The translations under genes were made by a program, and so were the position numbers. 64,000 bases of DNA, taken from contig CARUPR010000001.1 in the NCBI GenBank assembly GCA_949077035.1, positions 22,443 through 86,442 of the forward strand, written 5' to 3'. The notes beneath the pieces are model-generated. The model made no database searches. It saw nothing but the letters and a program-made list of their open reading frames with translations, and was not told the origin of the DNA. Positions 8,284 through 16,957 of the stretch are shown here, piece by piece; within the stretch, counting starts at the first letter, position 1, and the number at the start of each line of letters is the position of its first letter. The stretch is from an uncultured Eubacteriales bacterium (lineage in GTDB: Bacteria; Bacillota; Clostridia; Christensenellales; UBA1242).

Positions 8284-9549
8284 ATGGAAAAAATTAAAAT
8301 GGTTCAATATGGTTGTGGTAAAATGAGTAAATACACAATCGGCTATGCTCTTGAAAAAGGGGTAGAACTTGTCGGCGCTTTTGATATTGACAAAAGCAAG
8401 TTTGGCAAAGATGTTTCTATTGTGCTTGAAAATGATAAAAAAGTTGGGGTGAAAATTCAAGACGCTAAAGAGCTTGAAAGTTTCCTTGAAGAAAATGAAG
8501 TTGATGTTGCCATTGTGACAACAACAAGTTTATTCAGCGAAAACTACCCTATCTATGAAACTTTTGCAAAATATGGTGTAAATGTTATATCAACTTGCGA
8601 AGAAGCTTTCTATGCACAAAACTCAAACCCTACCCTTGCAAAGAAGCTTGACACTCTTGCAAAAGAAAATGGTTGCACAATTTGTGGAAGCGGTTATCAA
8701 GATGTGTTCTGGGGAAACCTTATCAGCGTTCTTGCTGGGGCAACTCATAAAATTAAAACCATCAGAGGCAAATCAAGTTATAATGTAGAAGACTATGGCA
8801 TCTCTCTTGCAAAAGTTCATGGTGCAGGTCTGACTGTTGAAGAGTTTGAAAAAGAAATCGCATCTGTTGATGAAATTTCTGATGAAGAACGTGCTAAACT
8901 TATTCAAGAAGGAAATTATGCCCCAAGTTATATGTGGAATGTAAATGGTTGGCTTTGCTCTAAACTTGGCTTACACGTAAAAAGACAAACTCAAAAAACT
9001 ACTCCACAGATTGCAACAGAAGACATCTACAGCTCAACCCTTGACATGACAATCAAAAAAGGCGACTGCACCGGTATGAGCGCTATTGTAACCACCGAAA
9101 CAGAGGAAGGCACAACAATAATTTCTGAATGCATTGGAAAAGTTTATAGAGCTGATGAATTTGATTGCAATGACTGGACTATTGAGGGAGAACCTTCAAC
9201 AAGAGTTGTAATTGAAAGACCTGCAACTGCAGAGCTTACCTGTGCATCAGTAATCAACAGAATTGTTGAAGTGCTTTGTGCAGAACCAGGATACACTACC
9301 ACCGACCAAATGCCAGAAAATATATATAAATCTCACAACCTTGATGAATATCTTGAATATGTTGACATATTTGAAGAAGCTTGCAAATGTGGTGAGCTTG
9401 AACATCATTGCCACTGCGGTGACGATTGTGATTGCGGTGATGATTGCGAATGCGGTGACGATTGTGATTGCGGCGATGACTGTCACTGCCAAGAAGAAGG
9501 TCATGAATGCAAATGCGGAAATCATTGCCATTGCGGAGATGATAAATAA
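8284..9549 (+). CDS. NAD(P)-binding oxidoreductase (amine dehydrogenase / DapB-like fold) with a C-terminal Cys/His/Asp-rich metal-binding tail
   Basis: The SD AGGAGGA lies upstream. The N-terminus has a Rossmann-like 'VQYGCGKMSKYTIGYALEKGVELVGAFD'. The last ~55 aa carry eight CxC pairs, including CHCGDD-CDCGDD-CECGDD-CDCGDD. The family assignment of the catalytic part is tentative. Confidence 0.85.
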   Translation: MEKIKMVQYGCGKMSKYTIGYALEKGVELVGAFDIDKSKFGKDVSIVLENDKKVGVKIQDAKELESFLEENEVDVAIVTTTSLFSENYPIYETFAKYGVNVISTCEEAFYAQNSNPTLAKKLDTLAKENGCTICGSGYQDVFWGNLISVLAGATHKIKTIRGKSSYNVEDYGISLAKVHGAGLTVEEFEKEIASVDEISDEERAKLIQEGNYAPSYMWNVNGWLCSKLGLHVKRQTQKTTPQIATEDIYSSTLDMTIKKGDCTGMSAIVTTETEEGTTIISECIGKVYRADEFDCNDWTIEGEPSTRVVIERPATAELTCASVINRIVEVLCAEPGYTTTDQMPENIYKSHNLDEYLEYVDIFEEACKCGELEHHCHCGDDCDCGDDCECGDDCDCGDDCHCQEEGHECKCGNHCHCGDDK

Positions 9550-9593
9550 TTTCATTTATTAAAAATAAATTTAATTTTCTTCAAAATAAAAAA

Positions 9594-9624
9594 AAGAGTT
9601 TGATTATACGTCAAACTCTTTTTT
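9594..9624. terminator. Bidirectional intrinsic terminator between the oxidoreductase gene and gpsA
   Basis: AAGAGTTTGA (9594-9603) pairs with TCAAACTCTT (9611-9620). An A-run lies on the left and a T-run on the right. The right arm overlaps the last codons of gpsA. Confidence 0.7.
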
Positions 9625-10572
9625 ATTATCTCTTGCAAACAAAATTTCAATTGCCTTTTCTTTTGCGATTTTCCCATGAATAATATCATATACAATTTGA
9701 GTGATAGGCAATTCGACTCCAACATTTTTTGCCAAGGTAAGCAGTGCTGAAGAAGTTTCAACGCCCTCTGCAAGTTTTTCAAAACGTTCACCTTTAGCAA
9801 ACCTTTCACCAAACATTCTATTATGAGAATTTATTGAGAAAAGTGTTGCTTCATAGTCACCCAAATGACAAAGTCCATAGGCTGACATTTCATTTCCGCC
9901 ACAGGCCTTAATAAGTCTCGAAATTTCTCTCGAACCTCTTGCCATAAGACCACCCTTCATAGCTTCAGCACCAACGCCATCTAAAAGACCAGCAGCAATT
10001 CCCATAACATTTTTGGCAGCGGCACCAATTTCAGAGCCAATCATATCTTGACCTTGATAGAATTTTATCAAGTCAGAACTAAGGTTTTTCACCAAAAATT
10101 CTGATAAACTGCTTTCATAAGAGTCAATGACCATGACTGTTGGAATACCTTTAACAAGCGATTGAATATGCCCAGGTCCAACCCAAGCTGCAATATTATT
10201 TTTAGGAACACCCGCCTCAATTAAAATGCTTGAAAGTCTATTTCCGGTTTTGTTTTCTATTCCCTTCATGCAAAGAATAAACTTCTTATCCTTATAACCT
10301 TCAATTTTTCTCACATTTTCCATAAGACTTCTCACAGCCTGCGAGCTTATTGAAATGACCACATAATCACTGCACGAAACTGCATAGCCCAAATCTTTTG
10401 TAAAGGTTACGCTTTCAGGCATTGTAACATATTCATTTGTCCTTGTAGAAAATAATTGTTCAACAATAGGGTCACCATCAAGTCCCCAAACTGTCACTTT
10501 ATTGCCAATTTTATTTAAATACCAAGCTATAAATGAGCCCCATCTTCCACATCCAAGTAAAGTAAATTTCAT
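9604..10572 (-). CDS. gpsA: NAD(P)H-dependent glycerol-3-phosphate dehydrogenase
   Basis: The start 'MKFTLLGCGRWGSFIAWYL' has a Rossmann motif, and the remainder is GpsA-like. I prefer the ATG at 10572 because GGGGAGG lies just upstream. The ORF-track start at 10584 would place the SD inside the gene. Confidence 0.9.
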   Translation of the reverse strand: MKFTLLGCGRWGSFIAWYLNKIGNKVTVWGLDGDPIVEQLFSTRTNEYVTMPESVTFTKDLGYAVSCSDYVVISISSQAVRSLMENVRKIEGYKDKKFILCMKGIENKTGNRLSSILIEAGVPKNNIAAWVGPGHIQSLVKGIPTVMVIDSYESSLSEFLVKNLSSDLIKFYQGQDMIGSEIGAAAKNVMGIAAGLLDGVGAEAMKGGLMARGSREISRLIKACGGNEMSAYGLCHLGDYEATLFSINSHNRMFGERFAKGERFEKLAEGVETSSALLTLAKNVGVELPITQIVYDIIHGKIAKEKAIEILFARDNKKEFDV

Positions 10573-10866
10573 AATCCTCCCCAAGTTTTTGGCAAGCTAT
10601 TTTATATTTTATTGAGAAAATAAATATCTTATAAAATAAAATGTTTGACCAAAATTCTATAATTTTTTCGTCTTATATAATTATACCAATTCTTATAAAT
10701 TTGTCAAACTTATATTCAGTTAAAACAGAATTTTGAGAAATATTTATATTCCTTATAAAGAAAATATTTTGCAAAATTGTTTTTTATGACTTCAGAATAT
10801 TTAAAAAGTCAAACGATTTTTAAAATGAAGCAAATATGATTGATTTATTCAAAAAATTTAAAAATA

Positions 10867-10895
10867 TTGCAAATTAGAAAGCTTTATGATATAAT
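10867..10895 (+). promoter_or_regulatory. Sigma-A-type promoter TTGCAA-17-TATAAT with extended -10 (TGA)
   Basis: TTGCAA is at 10867-10872 and TATAAT at 10890-10895, preceded by TG. It lies upstream of the lipoprotein gene SD AGGAGA. Confidence 0.55.
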
Positions 10896-10917
10896 ATTAT
10901 TTATAGGAGATAAAGAT

Positions 10918-11793
10918 ATGTTTAAGGGTAAAAGTTTAAAAAAGTTTTTTCTTGCAAGCGCAGTTTTAATGATAGGTGCTTCGGCTCTTTCAGGTTGCAC
11001 ATCAAAATTTGTTAAGGCAACTAAAAAATTTGAAGATAGTGCTGTCAACGCTTTAAATAGAAGTGAGATTGTGCAAGAAGCACTTGATGTCGATTTCAAT
11101 GATTTCGCTTTTTTAGGTGCAGATTTTACACGCGCTGATTCTAATAATTTTGATGTTGATGTAAGCGGTGTTGCAAAATATAATGATGGAAAAAATAATG
11201 CTGTTGTTACAATGAGTTATACATTAGATGATGATTATTTTGAAGATATCAAACCTGAAAAACAAGACAAATTAATGGAATCACTTAATAAAGCTATAGA
11301 AACCGAAGAAATTTCTTCCTTTGATTATATGGAAATAGAAAGTTTTGCAAACCTCAACAGTATGCTTCAAAAATTTGCAAATTCACCAAAAGAAGATTTT
11401 AATTTTAAAGAAGGGTTAATATTCTCTTTAGGCAATTTAAGTTTTAATGAGAAAGATGGCGTGATTTCTTTTGATTTAAAAAATCATAATACCTATGTTA
11501 AGCAAATAATAACAACGACTTATTATTATAATGTTGCATTAAAAATGCTTATGCCAATGACCAACACCTATTATGAATATGAAAATTGTTTGCATTATAA
11601 TCAGGTAAACTTATTTGTTTCGCCGGAAGAGATGCAAAATATGAAAAAAGACCCAAAAAGCATTATAAACACTTTTATAAATCATCTTGAAAATAATGCA
11701 AAAGACAAATACAAAATTGTCTTTAAAAACACTGAAAATTTAAATGAAAATGATTTATCCAATATTGAAGACTTTGAATTTGAAAATTGCTAA
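10918..11793 (+). CDS. Putative lipoprotein (function unknown)
   Basis: The ATG at 10918 follows AGGAGA. The signal peptide 'MFKGKSLKKFFLASAVLMIGASALSGC' has a lipobox (LSGC). The mature part is Asn/Asp/Glu-rich. Confidence 0.75.
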   Translation: MFKGKSLKKFFLASAVLMIGASALSGCTSKFVKATKKFEDSAVNALNRSEIVQEALDVDFNDFAFLGADFTRADSNNFDVDVSGVAKYNDGKNNAVVTMSYTLDDDYFEDIKPEKQDKLMESLNKAIETEEISSFDYMEIESFANLNSMLQKFANSPKEDFNFKEGLIFSLGNLSFNEKDGVISFDLKNHNTYVKQIITTTYYYNVALKMLMPMTNTYYEYENCLHYNQVNLFVSPEEMQNMKKDPKSIINTFINHLENNAKDKYKIVFKNTENLNENDLSNIEDFEFENC

Positions 11794-11839
11794 CTAAGCA
11801 AAGTATTATTTAATAATTATATCATCAAGAGAGGAATTT

Positions 11840-12676
11840 ATGTTTGAAATAGGAATTAATTCAAATAATGAATGTGGAAATAATATTCAAGAAATTTGCG
11901 CCAACATCAAAAAAGCAGGCTTTAACAATATTATGATTGCCTTTAAAGATGGTGGAGAAGAGGCTGCAATAATAGAAGCAAAAAAACATGGATTAAAGAT
12001 ACCTTATGTGCATTTAAATAATAAATTTGCAAATGATTTATGGACCAAGGGCGAGAGCAATCAAAGTTATGTGGAAGATGTAATTAGACAAATTGAGCTC
12101 TGCGGAAAATATGATATAAAAATTGCTGTTTTTCATGGGACAGAAGGTCGCACATCAAATATGGCTTTTCCTCCCCTTCCACAGGCAATTGATTCCATGG
12201 AAAGAATTTTAAAAGCCGCTCAAGAAAACAATGTCAAAATTGCTTTGGAAAATTTGGATGCCCCAAACTTTGACCATTTCACCTTTTTAATTGATAATAT
12301 CAAATCTGACTGGCTTGGATTTTGTTATGATGTCGGTCATCATCATCTTTTCAATCCAGACTTTGATATACTCGAAAATTATGGCGATAGAATTCTGGCA
12401 TTACATCTCCATGATAATTTGATGGACTGGCAGTATGGCTATGACCACACCAGAGATTTGCATTTATTACCTTTTGACGGCAAGATTGACTATGAAAAAT
12501 TGTGCCAAAATATCGCCAAAACTGGTTATGATAATGTGATTATGCTTGAGCTGCACAAGATAGCTTGCGGAGAGCCTAGAATGTATTTAAATATGCCAAA
12601 TGAAGAATTTTTATCAAATGCGAGCAAAAGAGCAAAGAAAATTGTCGAAATGATTGAAAAATTTAAACAAAAATAA
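11840..12676 (+). CDS. Sugar phosphate isomerase/epimerase family TIM-barrel protein (xylose isomerase-like / AP endonuclease 2 fold)
   Basis: The SD GAGAGGA lies upstream. Metal-ligand-type motifs are 'AVFHG', 'ALENL', 'GFCYDVGHHHL', 'LHLHDN' and 'IMLELH'. Confidence 0.7.
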   Translation: MFEIGINSNNECGNNIQEICANIKKAGFNNIMIAFKDGGEEAAIIEAKKHGLKIPYVHLNNKFANDLWTKGESNQSYVEDVIRQIELCGKYDIKIAVFHGTEGRTSNMAFPPLPQAIDSMERILKAAQENNVKIALENLDAPNFDHFTFLIDNIKSDWLGFCYDVGHHHLFNPDFDILENYGDRILALHLHDNLMDWQYGYDHTRDLHLLPFDGKIDYEKLCQNIAKTGYDNVIMLELHKIACGEPRMYLNMPNEEFLSNASKRAKKIVEMIEKFKQK

Positions 12677-12698
12677 TTTTCGATTTCTTTATAAAAAA

Positions 12699-12725
12699 AA
12701 GACCTTTAATTAAAGGTCTTCTTTT
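12699..12725. terminator. Bidirectional intrinsic terminator
   Basis: The palindrome AAGACCTTTAATTAAAGGTCTT (12699-12720) has an A-run on the left and a T-rich run on the right. Confidence 0.7.
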
Positions 12726-12763
12726 TCTTCTTCATTTTTTTCAACTGCATTGTTTTCTGATGC

Positions 12764-13027
12764 TTACTCTTTCGCCGCACTATCATTTTTTGCAATTTCT
12801 TTTTTATGGTCTAAAATCAATTTTACTAAATGATATGTGTTTACAATTATCAATGCACCATTTAACACCGCAGTGCTGATTGCTGGAAGAATACTTCCAT
12901 AAACTACAAAAACGGCTGAACCGACAAGGTTTAAACTTCTCATACAAACGCTTCCTTTGTATGAAAGTGTTGGAAACAACATTGAAGCCAAAATCATTAA
13001 TGTCGCAACAATACCAATCGCTTCCAT
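12764..13027 (-). CDS. Small 3-TM membrane protein (SemiSWEET/YgjV-like topology, function unknown)
   Basis: The 87-aa product runs from 'MEAIGIVATLMILASMLF...' and has three hydrophobic helices. The longer ORF-track version (to 13186) runs through a terminator and into tRNA-Ile, so I trimmed it. The start codon is uncertain because the SD is weak. Confidence 0.5.
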   Translation of the reverse strand: MEAIGIVATLMILASMLFPTLSYKGSVCMRSLNLVGSAVFVVYGSILPAISTAVLNGALIIVNTYHLVKLILDHKKEIAKNDSAAKE

Positions 13028-13118
13028 TCCTTTGAAAGCATAAGCGAAGAACGTAAGGATGTTGCCCCCTGAGCAAGTGTAACTTGCCTTAGTCTTAATG
13101 CAAATATAAGATGGCAAA

Positions 13119-13139
13119 TAAAAAAAGACCATTTGGTCT
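13119..13139 (-). terminator. Intrinsic terminator downstream of tRNA-Ile
   Basis: On the minus strand, AGACC-AAAT-GGTCT is followed by TTTTTTT (the A-run at 13119-13125 on the plus strand). Confidence 0.6.
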
Positions 13140-13149
13140 TTTGGTCTTT

Positions 13150-13226
13150 TGGTAGAGATGAGTGGACTCGAACCACCGACCCCCACCTTATCAGGGTGGT
13201 GCTCTAACCAGCTGAGCTACATCTCT
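13150..13226 (-). tRNA. tRNA-Ile (anticodon GAU), CCA encoded
   Basis: The reverse complement folds by hand into a cloverleaf. The acceptor stem is AGAGATG/CATCTCT, the D arm GCTC-AGCTGGTTA-GAGC and the anticodon arm CCACC-CTGATAA-GGTGG. The T arm is GGTGG-TTCGAGT-CCACT, with a 3' ACCA end. Confidence 0.9.
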
Positions 13227-13525
13227 ATAATTTGTCACACACTTTTCTAATAAAAATCAGAATCAGTGTGACCAATCTAAAGGATTATTATAAAGAGGGA
13301 GTTTCCCTTAGATTGCATATTAATTATACTCTATTGTTTAAAAAATGTCAACTATTTTTTTTAAATTATTTTAGAATTTTTCGATAAATTTACATGACTT
13401 TATATATACTTTTTTCACTTTTTATTAAATTTATTGATTTTCTTAGCTTATTTATATTTGTTTATCTTTATTGACAACAAAAAGTATTTTTGTTATAATA
13501 AAATCAAAATAAAATGAGGTAATAA

Positions 13526-14275
13526 ATGGATAAAATAGAAGAGTTGTATGATTTAATCAAACAATCACAAAAGCTGGTCTTTTTTACTGGTGCCGGGGCT
13601 TCTGTTGATAGCGGCGTAAGCAGTTTTACAAAGATTTATTCAAAGAATTTTGACAACTATTCCCCTGTCGATATCATGACAAAAGGTTTTCAGCAAAAAC
13701 ATCCTGACATTTTCTTTAAGTTTATTAAAGAATATTTTTCAATGAAGTTGCAACCAAATATCTGCCATAAAGTGATTGCAGACATTGGCAATAAGATGAA
13801 CAAAGATGTCTGTGTCATCACACAAAATATCGATGGTCTTCATCAAAAAGCAGGAAGCAGGCCTGTCCTTGAAATCCATGGAAATATAAATAAATGGCAT
13901 TGCACCGATTGCAAAAAAACTTTTTCTTTTGATGATATTCTTAAACGCAATAATTTAAATTGTGATGAAGAAAACTGCAATGGCTTTATCAGACCAAACA
14001 TAATTCTGTATAATGAAAATTTTCAGCCAACCACATTAAAGATATCACAAAATAAATTTGATGAAGCTGATACTTTGATTGTAATAGGCACAACTTTAAA
14101 CACCCTATTTGCTTATGAGGCTGTCAAAAATTTTAAGGGCAAAATCGCTTTTATAAATCATCCTTTAAAGGAGCCCCTTCCAAAAGAATTGGATTTAATA
14201 ATATATGACGATGTTTCAAATGTATTTAACCAGTTGCAAGAACTTATTAATGAAGATGAAATTTTATTACAATAA
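13526..14275 (+). CDS. cobB: NAD-dependent protein deacylase (SIR2/CobB family)
   Basis: Motifs are 'FFTGAGASVDSGVSSF', 'ITQNIDGLHQKAG' and 'EIHGN'. Zn-binding Cys pairs are 'CTDCKK' and 'CDEENC', and 'VIGTTL' is also present. Confidence 0.85.
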   Translation: MDKIEELYDLIKQSQKLVFFTGAGASVDSGVSSFTKIYSKNFDNYSPVDIMTKGFQQKHPDIFFKFIKEYFSMKLQPNICHKVIADIGNKMNKDVCVITQNIDGLHQKAGSRPVLEIHGNINKWHCTDCKKTFSFDDILKRNNLNCDEENCNGFIRPNIILYNENFQPTTLKISQNKFDEADTLIVIGTTLNTLFAYEAVKNFKGKIAFINHPLKEPLPKELDLIIYDDVSNVFNQLQELINEDEILLQ

Positions 14276-14316
14276 AAAATAAACGGATAAAATTTATAAA
14301 TAAAAATATATAAAAA

Positions 14317-14350
14317 ACAAAAAAATGCTTTTAAAATAAAGCATTTTTTT
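14317..14350. terminator. Bidirectional intrinsic terminator
   Basis: AAATGCTTT (14323-14331) pairs with AAAGCATTT (14338-14346). The hairpin is flanked by an A-run and a T-run. Confidence 0.7.
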
Positions 14351-14428
14351 ATTCCATTTTTATAACTGAAAAGCATTTAAACACCGCCCTTATCCCAAAA
14401 TAAAAGCTAATACACATTTTTATTTTGA

Positions 14429-15007
14429 TTAATTATCATTCTTATCTGTGCTTTTCAAATTCAAGTTTGCTTTCTTTTGAAACTTTCCATCTTTTTTATA
14501 AACCACAAACTTTGAGTCTTGAGATTGAGAAAGTTCTTGAACGCGAGCAAGAGCCTCTTCTTTGGTCACTTTGCTGTCAATAACTCTTTTAGCACCATCT
14601 TTTTTAATCTTCCAAAGTCTGTCCTCTTTATCAAAGATAACTCTATAAACAGCCTTTCTTGTCTTTTCTTGAACTTCAACATTCAATTCTTCATTTTCAT
14701 CCTGCTTAGCATCTTTTTCTTCAACAACTTCAGGTTTTTTCTCTACTTTAGGTTGTTTCACTTCGCTCTTTTCAGTTTTAGCTGCCACTTTTTTTGGCTC
14801 TGCCTTCACTTCCTTTTTTAGTTCTGTCTTGCCTATCTTCGCATCAACCTTTTTGGCTTCTGTTTTCTTTGCGACAGGCTTTTCTTCCTTCTTTTTATCA
14901 GTTTTTGCACCTTCTTGTTTCTTTGCTTCAGCCTCTTTTTTTGCTTTTTCTTCTGCTAATCTTTTAGCTTCAGCTTGTTTTTTCTTTTTCTTTCCAAAAA
15001 ACAACAT
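14429..15007 (-). CDS. DUF2188-type domain protein with a long Lys/Glu/Ala-rich N-terminal region
   Basis: The SD AAAGGAGAAG lies upstream. The first ~110 aa are low-complexity (KKKKKQAEAKRLAEEKAKKEAEAKK...). The C-terminus 'YRVIFDKEDRLWKIKKDGAKRVIDSKVTKEEALARVQEL...FVVYKKDGKFQKK' resembles DUF2188 as I remember it. Confidence 0.7.
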   Translation of the reverse strand: MLFFGKKKKKQAEAKRLAEEKAKKEAEAKKQEGAKTDKKKEEKPVAKKTEAKKVDAKIGKTELKKEVKAEPKKVAAKTEKSEVKQPKVEKKPEVVEEKDAKQDENEELNVEVQEKTRKAVYRVIFDKEDRLWKIKKDGAKRVIDSKVTKEEALARVQELSQSQDSKFVVYKKDGKFQKKANLNLKSTDKNDN

Positions 15008-15128
15008 TTTTCTTCTCCTTTATCTAAATATATACAAATTATAGCATTAAAAAATTCCTTTTTCAAGGAATTTCTTTATTTTTTTATAACAATTTTTGAT
15101 TTTAATTTATTTTTTTTAAATTATCAAA

Positions 15129-15806
15129 TTAATAATCATTATCACTAAAAATATCCTTCTTTATCGCCCTCAATTCACGGATTTTATAGCTTTCTTCTCT
15201 TGCAAGTTCATTCTTATTATACTCATCAATTTTATTATAATAAATTGCGCCATAGTCTATTCCTCGACCGACAAAATATCCAACAATTGTCAGTATGCAG
15301 ATAAATGTCCCACCTATGATACATTGGAAGAAGCTTGTCATCATGATAAATGAGGATTTATTCATTAAGTTGTCCCTTGTATAATTTGCGAAAGAGCCAA
15401 TCTTCAACCCTACAAGCAAATTTAACACCCCTAGCAATGGAAGCAAGATAAAGCTTGCAATGATTAAACGTTTGTTTGACTCTATATCTAAATCAAAATA
15501 AATTGAAAACTTGCCAAAACTTACGCTTGAAACAAGCAGCATAACACCAATGATAACCACCCCAACAAGACAGGCAATACCAATCAAAATAGAAATAATA
15601 GCCGATACGCTAAACCAATGATTTTTTTGATAACCTTTTTGATATTTATCTATCACCCCTTTTGTATATTCGTCATCAATTTTCTCATTAAATTTCATTT
15701 CATCAGCTTTTTCTAAATACTGAGCTTTGACAGGGTCTTTAAGCCATAATTTTTTTAATTTCTTTTTAAACTTTTTTCTGGCTTTTAAATCTTCTTTATT
15801 TGTCAT
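15129..15806 (-). CDS. Hypothetical polytopic membrane protein
   Basis: The 225-aa ORF has a basic N-terminus, about four hydrophobic helices and a charged C-terminal tail. I recognise no family. Confidence 0.65.
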   Translation of the reverse strand: MTNKEDLKARKKFKKKLKKLWLKDPVKAQYLEKADEMKFNEKIDDEYTKGVIDKYQKGYQKNHWFSVSAIISILIGIACLVGVVIIGVMLLVSSVSFGKFSIYFDLDIESNKRLIIASFILLPLLGVLNLLVGLKIGSFANYTRDNLMNKSSFIMMTSFFQCIIGGTFICILTIVGYFVGRGIDYGAIYYNKIDEYNKNELAREESYKIRELRAIKKDIFSDNDY

Positions 15807-15812
15807 ATCTAT

Positions 15813-15841
15813 ATTATATCATATTTATCAAAGTTTGTAAA
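15813..15841 (-). promoter_or_regulatory. Sigma-A-type promoter TTTACA-17-(TGA)TATAAT placed for a leaderless mRNA
   Basis: On the minus strand, TTTACA is at 15841-15836 and TATAAT at 15818-15813, with an extended -10 TG. The ATG at 15806 follows after exactly 6 nt. There is no SD. Confidence 0.45.
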
Positions 15842-15874
15842 TATTAATTTTTATTTTTTTAACAAACTTATTTA

Positions 15875-16924
15875 TTATTTCACAACTCTATCTCCACGAA
15901 ATTTTGAAAGATTGGTCAAAACTTCATATTCTGTGGTTGATAACTTAGCTGCTAAGTCGGATGCATTTTCCATAATTATCACTTTATCACCTTTCTTGCA
16001 TTTCAAATCACTGACATCAACCATAAAAGCATCCATACAAATATTGCCCACGCAACAAGCTTTCTTGTCATTTATCTTCACGATAATTTCATTTGAGAGT
16101 TTTCTGGGCAGACCATCGCCATAACCTAAAGGTATTGTCGCAATGGTCATATCATGTTTTGCAGTAAAGCCGCAAAGGTAACCCACATGTTCGCCAGCAA
16201 CAACTTTCTGCAAATCAACTATTTGGCTTTCAACCGACAGCACCGGTTTGACAAACTCATTTCCATAGCCATAAACTTCAAGACCAACCCTATACATATC
16301 TGCCTTGATATCACTGAAAATAGTTCCGCCACCACCCACATGAGCTATGGTATCCCAATCACTTGGCAATAGTGAAATATAGTCATAAAATAATTGTTTT
16401 TGCCTAGCAGTATAATTTTTATCAGTTGTCAAAGACGAAAAATGTGTATAAACCCCTTCAAGAGGAAGGTCATTTTTAGACAAAAGCTGGATAATTCTTG
16501 CAAATTCCTTTCTATCTCTCACTCCATATCTGTTCATGCCCGAATTTATGCACAGATGCATTTTAGGCTTTTTATTAATTTTTTTCGACAAATTTATCAT
16601 CTCTTTAGTATGTTTAAAAGATAATAGTATAAAAGAAATATCATTTTCAATACATCTTTGATAATCTTCGCATCCGCCGAAAACAACTACACCAGAGTTT
16701 GTAAGTCCTCTTATCTCTTCTGCCTCCGTTTGATTTGAAACGCCAAAAAAATCGGCAAAGGTATCAAGTGTTTTTACAATTTCCTTTGCGCCATGACCAT
16801 ATGCATTGGCTTTTACCATAACACAGATTTTGCCTTCAGCTTTATCTTTTAATAATTGGAAATTATCTATTAAATTTTTTTTATTTAAAAAAATATTTGA
16901 GAACATATTAAGATATATTCCCAA
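15875..16924 (-). CDS. alr: Alanine racemase
   Basis: The PLP-lysine motif is 'VMVKANAYGHGAKE', and the C-terminal beta-domain has 'VGYGDG'-like 'PLGYGDGLPR'. The ORF-track start at 16924 is a TTG. An ATG at 16906 is an alternative start. Confidence 0.9.
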   Translation of the reverse strand: MGIYLNMFSNIFLNKKNLIDNFQLLKDKAEGKICVMVKANAYGHGAKEIVKTLDTFADFFGVSNQTEAEEIRGLTNSGVVVFGGCEDYQRCIENDISFILLSFKHTKEMINLSKKINKKPKMHLCINSGMNRYGVRDRKEFARIIQLLSKNDLPLEGVYTHFSSLTTDKNYTARQKQLFYDYISLLPSDWDTIAHVGGGGTIFSDIKADMYRVGLEVYGYGNEFVKPVLSVESQIVDLQKVVAGEHVGYLCGFTAKHDMTIATIPLGYGDGLPRKLSNEIIVKINDKKACCVGNICMDAFMVDVSDLKCKKGDKVIIMENASDLAAKLSTTEYEVLTNLSKFRGDRVVK

Positions 16925-16957
16925 ATATATTAAATAGTTATGAAATTTTTATATTTT

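Noticed and set aside
9247-9562. ORFs 9247..9555 (-) and 9263..9562 (+) overlapping the Cys-rich tail
   Set aside because: They are alternative-frame readings of the 18-nt repeat region of the oxidoreductase gene. They give repetitive Ile/Ala/Thr/Val sequences and have no independent signals.
13028-13186. N-terminal extension of ORF 12764..13186 (140-aa version)
   Set aside because: The extension reads through a terminator hairpin and into the 3' part of tRNA-Ile (13150-13226). I trimmed it to the internal ATG at 13027.
14519-15044. Plus-strand ORFs antisense to the Lys-rich DUF2188-like gene
   Set aside because: They give Phe/Leu/Ser-rich mirror translations of a Lys/Glu/Ala-rich gene. The minus-strand gene has the SD and a recognisable C-terminal domain.
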